The translations under genes were made by a program, and so were the position numbers. A stretch of DNA of 64,000 nt, from the NCBI RefSeq assembly GCF_964355755.1, contig NC_092671.1, positions 14,570,001-14,634,000 of the forward strand, read 5' to 3'. Position 1 is the stretch's first letter; each line of letters begins with the position of its first letter. Below are positions 1 through 12,900 of the stretch, one piece after another. The stretch comes from Antedon mediterranea (lineage: Eukaryota; Animalia; Echinodermata). The notes below the pieces were generated by a model. That model worked only from the letters and a program-made list of their open reading frames with translations, was not told the DNA's origin and made no database searches.

Positions 1-161
1 CAAGACTTCAGTTAATGCCTTGTAAGGTTGCACTCTGAAGATAGGTAAAAACTTGCTTGCATTAAAGCTCAAAATAATTTCTCTGGAATTCTGGACTGTT
101 TGACAAAAATCCACAAACTAGTACACTAATGTATTACTGTACTAGCTTTTAGTTTAGACAC

Positions 162-2654
162 CTTGTTCCATATAGGTTGCCAGAAAATTCTGCATGTTCA
201 ATAAATTCTCCTCTTCCAATAGCTGATAGCATGTCTTCTCTGGTTATAAAATGATAATCTGAGAACACATAAATATTTCTTAATTAACTATTATATTAGA
301 AATACACAATATGCATGAAAAACAATATATTTAAATTTAATAAAGTAATGTAGCTATCACATCACAAGGAACAGTATATCTCTGTATCTGAATAATATTG
401 TTATTAAAACAACATACCTTTTCCATCAACCTCTGAACCTCTTACTTTTCTTGTGGTATCTGATGAAAGAAAATATATCTACAATTGATTACATTTAAAA
501 CAAAATAATAAACTACAGGCCAAATGGTGTGTAACAAACAAAATAGCTTAGGGGTTAAAAGTATTGAACACATAAAAAAGTACAATTAAAAAATATTAAA
601 GCTACTTACGACTGACTGAAAAACCAAATATATCTTTATAATCGTCCATGAGTTTTTTAATTAAAGTACTTTTGCCTGCTCCAGATGGTCCACAAAACAC
701 ACAAGGAGATGGGGGATTGTTTGCCATTTTCGACACCTGACGTTTAGGTATTAATATTACTAAAAGATGAGATAATAGATTCAAGATTCTAGTTATTGCT
801 AAAATAATAATAATAAAAAAAATAAACTTAGATAAGATAATTGTTTTTTCACTGTAGATAATGTTGTTATTTAGCATGTGTTGTATTCTTTTCCGCAACA
901 AGAAGACAAATTTCATACAGTACTATTTTGGTTTGTATGGCAATAAAAGATCTGTATTTGTATCTGTATAACATTACATGACATTTTTGGAATAAGATCT
1001 GTATCTGTATCTGTATAACATTACATGACATTTTTGGAATAAGATCTGTATCTTATTTGTATAACATTACATGACATTTTTGGAATACCATGATTACATA
1101 ATATATCCATATCAAATAAAGAAGCTTAATCTAAGAAATAAGATAACAAAAAAAAAAGATTTGAAGTTTTTTTTTTAATAATGAAATATAATTAATATCA
1201 AAATGTTAAATCATGATAACAGATTACAATAATAATTAAAGGAGATACTCTCATGATGATTACTACAATATAAAAAACACAAGAATTTACTATATTAGAA
1301 TATATTATATAGAATATATTATACTAAAAAAATGTAAAGATGACAGAATAGATTCAATTTATTGCCACGTAAAATTTGTTTTCAATAATGAATAATAATA
1401 TTAAAATTTTAATCATGATAACATATTACAATAATAATTAAAAGGAGAGAATACTCTCATAATGATTACTTCAACAAAACATGTGCATTTACTATATTAA
1501 GAATATTATACTAAAAAAAGTACAGTATGATCAATGCACAAGTAATTATATAGAGTGGATTTCTGAAACCTCGTTCATGATTAACAATTAATTACATAAC
1601 AAGTTCACTCTCAGATAATTGTCAGTATTTGATCCATAAGTTTTACCAATCAAGCATACTGTATACGGTAGATAACTTTTCATTAAAATCAAATTAAAAT
1701 TAGTTTTAATGTAATATAAAATTGCGCATACTAAACATAGCAAATTGATTGAAAGTAGACTTGCTTCATACAGAACATTAAACATCATATGAAAAGGACA
1801 ATGATAATAAACAAAGTTTTTTCATGTAAACAAAAAATAAATAAAATGGTTGAAATAAAAAGACGTAGTGCTGAATGTATTATTATTTTACATTAGACGT
1901 TTACTATATTTACTGTGGATAGTAATAAAATTACAGTATGCCATATACAAAAACCAACTTAAAATATTATTATAATTTCTTAATATATTTGTAATTGAAG
2001 ATTTAAATGTTTAATTATTTAATAAACATAAAATTACTAGAAATACATTATTTAACAGACATGATCAACAGATTGGCCATGTAGCGGCAACTTGTAATAA
2101 GAGGAACCCCAGCAAGAGCCGCACATCTTCCTCCTCTGTGTGTACTTGAACAATCCTACATTTTTTTGGGTATTATAATGGTAACTATAATAACGTGTAT
2201 TTATAGTGATTTTTCCCAAAAAAAATATTATTATTAATTATAAAATATATAGTGATTATTTACAGTAATGATATAAATAATAACAATTAATTGTTTATAT
2301 CGACTATAATTATTGGAAACAGAAGTATAAATAAATAAAGAATAAATACAAAGTTTCATTAGAAGTTTACAATCAATGGAAAAGATGAATACATATATCT
2401 CGCAAAAGTCTGTCACACTACACACACACAGCATGCAGGATACAGAGTAGCCTAGCTAGTGGTGGTGGGAATAGAATAGGGGTCAGCTAGCCTAGTGTGT
2501 GAGTAGTAAGGAAATAGTAGTAGGGTACTAGGGGCCTAGGCTTAATTAATGATAAAACACATATGAAAAGATATATTAAAATAAACATACCAGGTAATTG
2601 GTCTGAATTTCTGAGTAAATAGAAAGCTCGTAAAAACTGCTTCAACAATGACAT
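162..2654 (-). CDS. GUK1: Guanylate kinase, 5' part (gene continues past left edge); exons 2654-2591, 798-610, 459-418, 258-162
   Basis: Spliced translation gives P-loop [28 protein letters not shown] and [15 protein letters not shown] with phase-consistent GT-AG junctions. The first exon ([21 protein letters not shown]) is less certain. Confidence 0.93.
947..1087. repeat. Short tandem repeat, about 3 copies of a ~48-bp unit
   Basis: AAGATCTGTAT...GTATAACATTACATGACATTTTTGGAAT occurs three times in GUK1 intron 1. Confidence 0.85.
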
Positions 2655-3200
2655 TAAGGCTAGCCTAGCTTGTGTTTAGCTGTTCTGTTCTTCTTTCCGG
2701 CGGAGTGTAGAGTTTGTTATGTTTTTGGTTTTTGCTGTAAAAAATAGAGAGATCCATAAATCAAAGAGAGCGCCACCATTTTAATATGGACCATAATAAA
2801 ATATAGTACGCCAAAAAGATATTGTGTAGTAACAGAAATAAAAACCGATAATTACATACATTATTTAGAAATATTTAAGGAATATTTATCTATCTACAAT
2901 AGAACTGAATAATAAAGGAAATTAGGTCTAAGAATACAGAATTTAGAATGACATTGTAACTATACCGAACAAGCGTTCCATAGATAAGTAAGTTCTGAAC
3001 TGAATGCTTGACTGAATTTGGAAAAATACACCACCCATTAGCCAATCAAATTGTATATTTTCTACCTTGCAAAAGGTGGGCCCATACGCCAAGAAAGTAA
3101 ATTGTTTGCTGCTGCTGGTTCTAGCCTAGCCAAGAGGCCTAGCTTTTAGAGTGTAGAAATGACCATTTAACTTTTAATTAGCTGTTATATTTATAATTAG
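2655..3200. promoter_or_regulatory. Bidirectional promoter region GUK1/BECN1
   Basis: Divergent starts, CCAAT at ~3042, AGAGAGCGCC at ~2765, TAGCCTAG/TAGGCCTA clusters on both flanks, likely non-coding BECN1 exon ending at donor GTAAGT ~3213. Confidence 0.6.
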
Positions 3201-3737
3201 CTTGCTGTGAGATGTAAGTTCATTTCATTGACAAATAACCTAGCCTAATAATAATAATATTTAAGTAATAAATAGCCCTTGTTGTTGCCTATATCTATAA
3301 TATGAATAGGCCTATGTGTGATGTTATGTAGGCAGGCTAGCTAGGCTAATAATATTAATTATTAAATAGATTAATAATATAGGCCTAGGCCTAACTAGTA
3401 GAGGTAGGCTAGCTAAGTGATCCCAGCCAGGGAGGGGCTAGTAATAAAGACAGAAGGTCATACACGACTCATAATATTTAATAATTTAATTTTTAATTTA
3501 ATTTAACTAGGGCTAGGCCCGGGCAGGCACTTTATTTATGTTTTTTTATTCATTATAGGCCATCACATAGCCAGGTATAAAAAAATCTTTCTAGTTTTTG
3601 ATTTATTACTTTGCTTTTTAAGAAACTTCTTCAACATAATAATTATTTTGTTTAAAGCCACACTTTTTAAAGCTTTAAAGAATATGCAATTTTGGTGTTA
3701 TTTATAATGAAACATGGTTTTTTCAAATAGCAAGGTG

Positions 3738-6700
3738 ATGGCACAAATTGGTGACTCGCAGCGCAGCGGAGTTGCCAGTACTCATGTTAGCTTTGTCTGC
3801 CAAAGATGCTGTGCACCTCTTAAACTTGATCCGTCTTTCAATTCATTAGATAGCCAAACATACAGTGATCTTGCTTGTAAGTGGATTTTTATGACAATTA
3901 ATACAAAAATTGAGAGATTTACAAATCTTTAAGGGTTTCGATGTGTGACTTGTCTCGTAACAAATCCTCATTTCCTTGTCAATTACCGGATAAAAAACCT
4001 AACCTCCAGCTATTAGTGGATTCTAGGTAACTGTAGACACAATTTCTACAGTATCAGACCAATTCTAATAATTAAAAAATGGTGCTTAAAGAGAATTAGA
4101 ATGTTAGACTTTATGATTTTAATGTGCTTTGTTTAATTTCAGCTCCACTCATACGATCATATTTTGAAAAGCCAGCAGAAACAACTTCTAGCTTTGATCA
4201 GTTTGATAGCAATAAAGATGATAATGTAGCGAGAAAAGAAATTATTACACAAAGGTAAAGCTTAGTAAGATCATTGATTACTAGAATGATCAGGTACTAG
4301 AAGTAATTTAGTTTAAACATAAGAACTTTTCACTCAAAACAAAGTACAAAAGCAACCAACATTGCAACATAATAAACTTAGTTTTTAAGCAACTCATCTT
4401 AAATATTACATCATACAATCAAAATGTGTCATCTATGCTTATATGATTATTAGTAGAAATATACAATATTCAATGAAATTTCCTAAATTCTGATTTTACT
4501 TTTAGGATGTCTTCAACAGACAGCAGTCATGAGTTTACTATTTTAGGTGAAGCTGGCAATACTCAGGTTGAAACTAGAAGCTACGCTTGTAAGGTATAAA
4601 GTCATCATAGATCAATCAATCAAATTAATAATTGTCAATTAAAAGTTTTTTATATAGCATATTAAGAGGGGTGAAATCCCACTAAAGAGATTGCCAGATT
4701 TAAACAATGTAATTTGTTTCATTTAGAGATAACATCTTGTTTTCTAAATCCAAAATAAGGGACAAACTAGATTTATATAATTGGTATGACAATGCATGAA
4801 ATCTGAATTTTTACTAAACCTGTGTACTTTATAAATATTTGTTTTGTTTTAGATTTGGGGTCAGCTCTTTGACATTATGTCAGGTCATTCAGATGTTGAC
4901 CACCCACTTTGTGAGGTAAGACATGCTCTTTAATTTAGTGATATAGTGGGGTAGATTTGGAGACAAATCTCCTGAATTGAATATTTGAGATCTTGACTAC
5001 ATGTTGATGGATATCAATATGAATTTGTAGGAATGCACAGACAGCTTATTGGATGGGCTAGATATCCAACTGAAAACAACAGAAGATGAACTGAAACACT
5101 ATACTGAATCATTAGCACAGCTAAAAGAAAGTGATGGTGGAGATGTTAAAGACAGCCTTAGTGAAGAGCTAGATAAGGTAATAATCACACCCATCTATGA
5201 ATATTTATGACGTTTCATTGTTTATATATTCACTTTACAAGTCATTGGTGTGACTTTGTTTACTACATCACTCAGTATCTCAGTTTATTAAGCATTCTCA
5301 AAACAGATAATTTAAAACGTTGTAATTATCTAACTAAACATTACATCTAATGCATTTGTGAAATAAATAAACCATATTTATCAGCAACAAAACTGAGTTT
5401 ACTTACTATTTATTTTCAGTTGTGCTTAGAAGAGAAAAGTCTTATAGAAGAACTTGAAAGTATGGAAGCAGAAAAAGAAAAAATTAAAGCAGAAACTGAG
5501 AAACAAAAGGAAGAATTACAAAAATATGAAGATGAAGAAAAAAGGTAAAATATATAGTTAGGGTTGCTTGCATAATAGACTAAAGCAAGCATGAGCAAGT
5601 ATCATGTAGTGATTAGACTAAAGCAAGCATGAGCATTATCATGTAGTGATTAGACTAAAGCAAGCATGAGCAGTATCATGTAGTGATTAGACTAAAGCAA
5701 GCATGAGCAGTATCATGTAGTGATTAGACTAACGCAAGCATGAGCAGTATCATGTAGTGATTAGACTTAACGCAAGCATGAGCAGTATCATGTAGTGATT
5801 AGACTAAAGCAAGCATGAGCAGTATCATGTAGTGATTATACTAAAGCAAGCATGAGCAGTATCATGTAGTGATTAGACTAAAGCAAGCATGAGCAGTATC
5901 ATGTAGTGATTAGACTAAAGCAAGCATGAGCAGTATCATGTAGTGATTAGACTAAAGCAAGCATGAGCAGTATCATGTAGTGATTAGACTTAACGCAAGC
6001 ATGAGCAATATCATGTAGTGATTAGACTAAAGCAAGCATGAGCAGTATCATGTAGTGATTAGACTAAAGCAAGCATGAGCAGTATCATGTAGTGATTAGA
6101 CTAAAGCGAGCATGAGCAGTATCATGTAGTGATTAGACTAAAGCAAGCATGAGCAGTATCATGTAGTGATTAGACTAAAGCAAGCATGAGCAATATCATG
6201 TAGTGATTATACTAAAGCAAGCATGAGCAGTATCATGTAGTGATTAGACTAAAGCAAGCATGAGCAGTATCATGTAGTGATTAGACTAAAGCAAGCATGA
6301 GCAGTATCATGTAGTGATTAGACTAAAGCAAGCATGAGCAGTATCATGTAGTGATTAGACTAAAGCAAGCATGAGCAGTATCATGTAGTGATTAGACTAA
6401 AGCAAGCATGAGCAGTATCATGTAGTGATTAGACTAAAGCAAGCATGAGCAGTATCATGTAGTGATTAGACTAAAGCAAGCATGAGTAGTATCATGTAGC
6501 GATTAGACTAAAGCAAGCATGAGCAGTATCATGTAGTGATTAGACTAAAGCAAGCATGAGCAGTATCATGTAGTGATTAGACTAAAGCAAGCATGAGCAG
6601 TATCATGTAGTGATTAGACTAAAGCAAGCATGAGCAGTATCATGTAGTGATTAGACTAAAGCAAGCATGAGCAGTATCATGTAGTGATTAGACTAAAGCA

Positions 6701-8785
6701 AGCATGAGCAGTATCATGTAGTGATTAGACTAAAGCAAGCATGAGCAGTATCATGTAGTGATTAGACTAACGCAAGCATGAGCAGTATCATGTAGTGATT
6801 AGACTAAAGCAAGCATGAGCAGTATCATGTAGTGATTAGACTAAAGCAAGCATGAGCAGTATCATGTAGTGATTCATTACTAGACCACAGGGTAATTAAT
6901 TTATGAAGCAATAGAAAGCGTCAATGTACCATCATGTACACAACTATAACACAGGGTAATTACTGAATAAATCAATCATAACAAAAATTATCAAGTAATT
7001 TGACCAATCAGATAATTAATAAGAATAACGTCTGCATTATAAAGTGCTCAATTTAGAACAAAACAATTTGTCCTTCATTGATAATTATCTGACTTGCAAG
7101 ATAATTATCGTTCAATTTTTCCAGAGCGGAGTCGGTTAAACTCTGTTTCCACAGAGACTTTATCGGTTAATTATTGGTCATTTATTAGTTAATTTTTGGC
7201 TGTAGAGACACAGCCATTGACCGAATTGCCTATAGTCATTGCTTATCAGCTAAATCTATTATACATACTAATTTTTGTCACTTGTAGGTACTGGAGTGAG
7301 TATAGTGTTTATAAAAGACAGCTGTTAGAGATAGAAGATGAACAGAGAAGTGTTGATAACCAATTGAAGTATGCCCAAGCTCAACTAGACAAACTAACAC
7401 GAACAAATGTGTTCAATGCTACATTCCATATCTGGTAATTATGATTTTTTTTCTAAATAAATAGTTTATAGATTTTTCTGGAAAGGGAAACAATAGAAAA
7501 GAAAAGATTTTTTTTTTTTTATTTCTAGAAATGCGCTGTTTTGACGTTTACAATATTTAAAATTTACAATAAATAATAAACTATTAACATTTTATGCATT
7601 GTTTATGTAAAAAATTAGAATAATTGGTCTTTTCTTCATTGTAATTTTAGGCATAGTGGACATTTTGGGACAATAAACAACTTCCGACTAGGGAGACTTC
7701 CCAGTGTACCAGTGGAATGGAGTGAAATCAATGCAGCGTGGGGGCAGACTGTGCTATTACTGTACTCACTTGCTAAAAAAATGCAATATGATTTCCAAAG
7801 GTATAGCATTTTTTATAGTCTAAAGCTCTGTCTACAATATCAAACTTTATGTGACAAAAAAATGTGATGTGCCCATATATAGACATGGTGATGTCATATC
7901 ACTACTATATTTGGGCATATCACTACCATATTTGGGCACGTCACAATTTTTGTCAAACTAGTCAGAGTTTATAGTTGTTTTTTAAAGATTTTAAACTGTA
8001 TTATGTTGAAAAACTATGTTTCACTTTTTTACAGATATCGTCTTGTACCTTATGGTAATCACTCATTTTTGGAATCCTTATCTGATAAGAATAAAGAGCT
8101 CCCTCTACATGGATCTGGTGGATTTCGATTCTTTTGGGATACAAAGTAAGTTTTCAATCATTTATACATTTTAAAACATGTGACCCAGGAGGAACAACCT
8201 TGGTTGGTCTGGCCTTCTATAGATTGAAAATAATTATCTGTGCATAAAAATCTAACATATTCAAGACCTTAGAAACCATGAAGAAACTAAATAACAAGAC
8301 AGTACCTTACCCAACTAAATTTACAATGCACAAAGATTTAGAAAAACAGTCAGTATGGTATATTTGTTGTCTGAATGTACTTAATTCACTTTTGTAGGTT
8401 TGATCAGGCCATGGTAGCATTCTTAGATTGCCTTCAGCAGTTCAAAGAGGAAGTAGAGAAGGGAGATAAAGGATTCTGTCTTCCTTATCCAATGGTAAAT
8501 GGCAAAATAGAAGATCCAAGTACAAAGACATCTTATTCAATTAAGTAAGTAATGTTCGTCTTATCTACCAGTATGTCTATGTAACATTTCTTGTATTTGC
8601 TTGATGTCTTCTAGTAACAATTTTTGCACACTAATGCTCTGCACATTTAATTCACCAAAGTTAATTTTATTATTTGTTGTAGGATCCAATTCAATTCTGA
8701 GGAGCATTGGACCAAAGCTCTCAAGTTTATGTTGACCAATCTGAAGTGGGCCTTAGCGTGGGTGTCTTCACAGTTCAAGAAATAA
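3738..8785 (+). CDS. BECN1: Beclin-1 (Atg6), multi-exon
   Basis: Exons translate to [75 protein letters not shown] and [28 protein letters not shown]; stop TAA 8783-8785. Confidence 0.97.
5576..6873. repeat. 37-bp minisatellite, about 35 copies, in a BECN1 intron
   Basis: Unit TAGACTAAAGCAAGCATGAGCAGTATCATGTAGTGAT repeated head-to-tail with no spacers. Confidence 0.97.
7824..7968. mobile_element. MITE family A copy (TIR AGCTCTGTCTACACTATCAAAC), right end degraded
   Basis: Same sequence as 14461-14630, 26151-26250 and 48005-48157. Confidence 0.75.
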
Positions 8786-9945
8786 ATGCAATATTTGAAA
8801 CATCTAAATCATGAAATATGCACTGGATATAGGACTCAGATGTTTGATAATCAGCAGTGCTTCTCGAACTCCTTGCTCTTTAAATGTTATGAGAGTAGAT
8901 CACTGTTAGGCATTTGTCATTGACAAGTTAGATATGCCTAATATAAACTTGATTGTATGTTGTTACATTATACTTATTGTAGCAATTTTTATTTTCTTTA
9001 CTGTACAGTATATAATATATATTCATATTGCTGCCTGTAATCATTTGCAGTTGGCTTGAAATTCAGAGGGGGGTGGGGGGACGACTGCTTATCAATAATA
9101 ACAACCATTTCCTTTACGCAAAGTGCTAGTATTTCAGTAATATAATTCTGTTTGTACTGGTTTTTTCTGGTGATATCCTATGATATCCTTTTATTTTACT
9201 TACAATATGTGATCCTGATATATCATTACCAACATATGATGGATTCTTTTATTTTATGTATATACTGCAATATTTTTCGTTTTAAAATGTATACAGTTAT
9301 GTATGATTAAATCTGTACTAAAATAAAGTACAACTAAACAACAATGTGGTGACTGTGGATGTTTGGTACTATAAAAGTAACAGGGTTCTCAAGTATGTAA
9401 TGTAATAAGGACATTCAGTCCAATTACAGACGTATGGAAAAGGAGATAAATACTATGTTTTGCTTTATATGACACATCAAGAGAAAAATCATTGTGCGCA
9501 AGCCCTGGAACCTGGCAGGACGACTGTTTACCACGACGCGTAAAAAATGTTGTGTTTACAGTACAGGTATTTCCGAACTCGTACTATGTACTTCTTACTT
9601 CTCAACAATTTACCGAGTTTACATAAATTGACACAGTATATAATTTATATATATAAACTTTATATATAGTATCAGTACACAGTCAACCCAATTATTGATA
9701 TTTAAAATATACAAACAATAACACAAGGCACATTCAGCTACAATCAATTGTAAACTATTTTAAAAAATCAACAAAAATGTATATTAATAATATACAATTA
9801 AACATGGGTGCCTTCACTTGCAATGTGCTGCATAAATGAATTGACATTAAATATGGACGGAATGTTCGTAAACCAGTCTTCATTTTTTAAAGAAACTTCT
9901 TTAGCTAAGTCACTTCTTTTTTTCATTTAAATCCTCTAGTCTTGG

Positions 9946-12900
9946 TTACTCGCCACCTCCAGTGGATTCTACAGTTGCTTCTTCTGTTGGTTTATCTTCC
10001 TCATCTTCAGGTTTTGACACAGCAGTGTCATCTGCTCCTGCAGAGTTATCTGCTGTAAAGAGAGAGAAAAAAATTGTATTATGGTGGTTCTGATTTAATT
10101 ATATTGTTAATTTAAGATTTTGCATTAACTTACGTTTCTCATCTGCATGTGTTTCTGTTGCTGGTTGTTCACCAGCTGCCTCTTCTGCTGGCTCGTCGGT
10201 TGTTTTGGCTTCCTCCGTTGCCTCGTTTGCATCTTCAGCAACTTTAGGTTCTTCTGCAGACTCTGTGTTAGCATTGTCACCATCTTTGACTGCATCATTT
10301 GGACTCTCTGGTTCAGGTTCTTGTGCATCTTCTGCCTTTTCTACACTTTCCTGCTTAGCTTCATTGTCACCTTCTGGTTTAGAATCCTCACTTGCCTCTG
10401 GTGGTTTTACTTCTTCTGTTGGTTTGCTCTCATCTCCTGCTATTTCATCTGGTTTACTCTCATCAGGGTTAGCATCATCCTTGACTAAAATTTGTGTAAT
10501 ATTAAATAGACAATGTCAAAAATACAGTGAAAAAATGATTGTTTTTTAAAAGAGTTCAATAAATGTTAGAAAATGTTATTGATACTGTTTGTAATGCAAA
10601 TCACACATCACTTTTAAATGAACATTTCAAACAGTTAGCATTTGTGGAAAACATAGTCTATGTAGCACATGCATCTGAGCATACATTTTTTATTTCTATT
10701 GATTAATAATTATATAGTCAACTGTATATAATCATATTGATATATGTTATTATTGGAATAAAAGTATTTGTTCATAGATAAAACAAGCATTCTTTATGAA
10801 AAGTAGGATAAGTTAGAGTATAGAAGAAAAATTAAATTACAATAGATTATTCAGCAATGTGATTTAGAAGGTGCTATTTCAAAGGAAACAAAAAAATAAA
10901 CATTCTAAAAAAATACACAAACATTTTCCAGTTTAAAAAATCTGTACAGTTAAATCATATAAAAACATTATTTAAAAAAGAAATCTCAAACAAGTCTTTA
11001 AAATATGTAATAAACGAATATGATGATACATTAATAGTTCATGCAGCAGCATGCAGAAAGAACTACTGTAATATGGCAAGCGATAAAAGAATTTTCATGC
11101 ACAACTTTTGAAAGAAGAAAAATGCAGCTTTCTAGAAAAGAAACTATTTTAGAATGCAGTGTTGATGCTCTTCCTCTCACCATCTGCTGGTTCTGGTTCC
11201 TCTTTCTGTTCTACAGAATCAACTGGATCACTTCCATCAGGTTTTATTGTCTCTCCTTCTTCTACTACAAATGAAGGTTGTAAGGTAAGTTTTTATAATT
11301 TGTAGGCCGCATTGATAATATAGTGATGTTTTCTACAATAATACAGTAATAGACCATAACATTACAGCTTTCAACTTCAATTCTAATAATATGGGACTAG
11401 CACAACTGGACTAAGACTGTAAAATGATTTTTTTAAATCAAATTTGTTTCTATTACCCTCTTCAGTCTTAGTTTCTGTATTGCTTTCTGCTTTATCCGTT
11501 TCTTCCGTCTTATCTTCTTTGTTGTCTTTTGATTCATTCATTTCCTTTTTCTCTTCTTCAGTAGCTTCTTCAGTAACTTCTTGAGTTTTAGCTTCCTCAT
11601 CCATGGGAGGAGTAGTTTCTGCTACTGGAGCACTAATCTCTGCAACTGGAATACTGGTTTCTATTGGCAGATATTTGACATGAATGATCATTATTATTAT
11701 TATTATTGGGATTAATAGGGAGAGTACTGGTGAATGGGTGTGGACTATAAAACAACAAAACACCAAAGGGACATCGAATGGCTTTATATGCTGTAAATAA
11801 TTTAAAATAACACCTTACAGAACAACAAACATTTTTTATCTTACTTAAACAATGATTTTTTTGCAATATTTCACACAGAATGTACAAATATGCTGACTTT
11901 TTTACATAAAATCAAATATAATGTTAAGTACTATTTTTTGCCTATACAGTAGTTGCATTTCAAAATAACATTTAATTTGTATATATTTCATTGAATGACC
12001 ATTGTAAGAAGGTAGAGAAGTTACTGTACATAAAGTAAGAAAATCCACATAAATATCTGGAAAAGTTGTATAAATTGTGCAAGTAATTGTAAAAAATAAA
12101 ATTTTGTGATGTTGCTTTTAATCTAATAGTAGCGAACATTATTTCCATAACTCGACACTGGACTATGTGGCAATCAAGACATTTCTATTGGATAGAAATA
12201 TACCTACTTGCATGGTGCATCGTGAATTTCTATTTTGCAAATTGAATTAAATATAAATCGATTGATTTTAGTGAGACTGCTTCAATTTGTGATGGGTGGA
12301 CACTGTATGATTGTTCATACTTTTGCGTTTATGCAACTACAAATGCATGAACATCACTCTAGTGTGACACTTTAATACTTTTACAGAATATACGACAGAC
12401 AGTGTTGACATCTTGAATACACTATGCAGGTTATACAGTACAACATAATACATCCTTTTTTACCAGTTCCATCAGCTCGACCAGACATGGCTTTATCTCC
12501 AGATGAACTAGGTGGCACATGATCCCCTGCAGAGGCTGTTTCATTGGTTAGATCTGATGATGGCATTGCATTTTCTAACTGCTGGTGGCCAGATGAGATT
12601 CGTTCATGGTTAATTACAGAAGCTGCTTTAGAATCTACCTTTTCGACTGGTTTATTTGCTTTCTTATTTTTTCCGTGCATACTAGTTTTGTTATCAGTAT
12701 ACGATCTCTTAGTTGCTGGTTTCTCTTTGACAGATGGCCTTGGATTTTGTATTCCTCTTTGTGTTACTTTGTTACTTCCAACAAGTCTTCTGCTTGATAG
12801 TTTTTTGCTTTGCATCTTTGAATTCTTGGCTTCGTTGACAGATATTTCATCATCTGACTTTTGTTGTGTGACATTTTCTGGTTCAGGCTGGTCTGATCTT

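Noticed and set aside
5576-6873. CRISPR-like array (37-bp repeats)
   Set aside because: No unique spacers, no cas genes, and it lies in a spliceosomal intron; it is a plain minisatellite.
10147-10549. Plus-strand ORFs (Cys/Phe-rich and Ser-rich)
   Set aside because: Antisense shadows of the low-complexity acidic NME8 exon; the same applies to 12544-13029 and 40437-40700.
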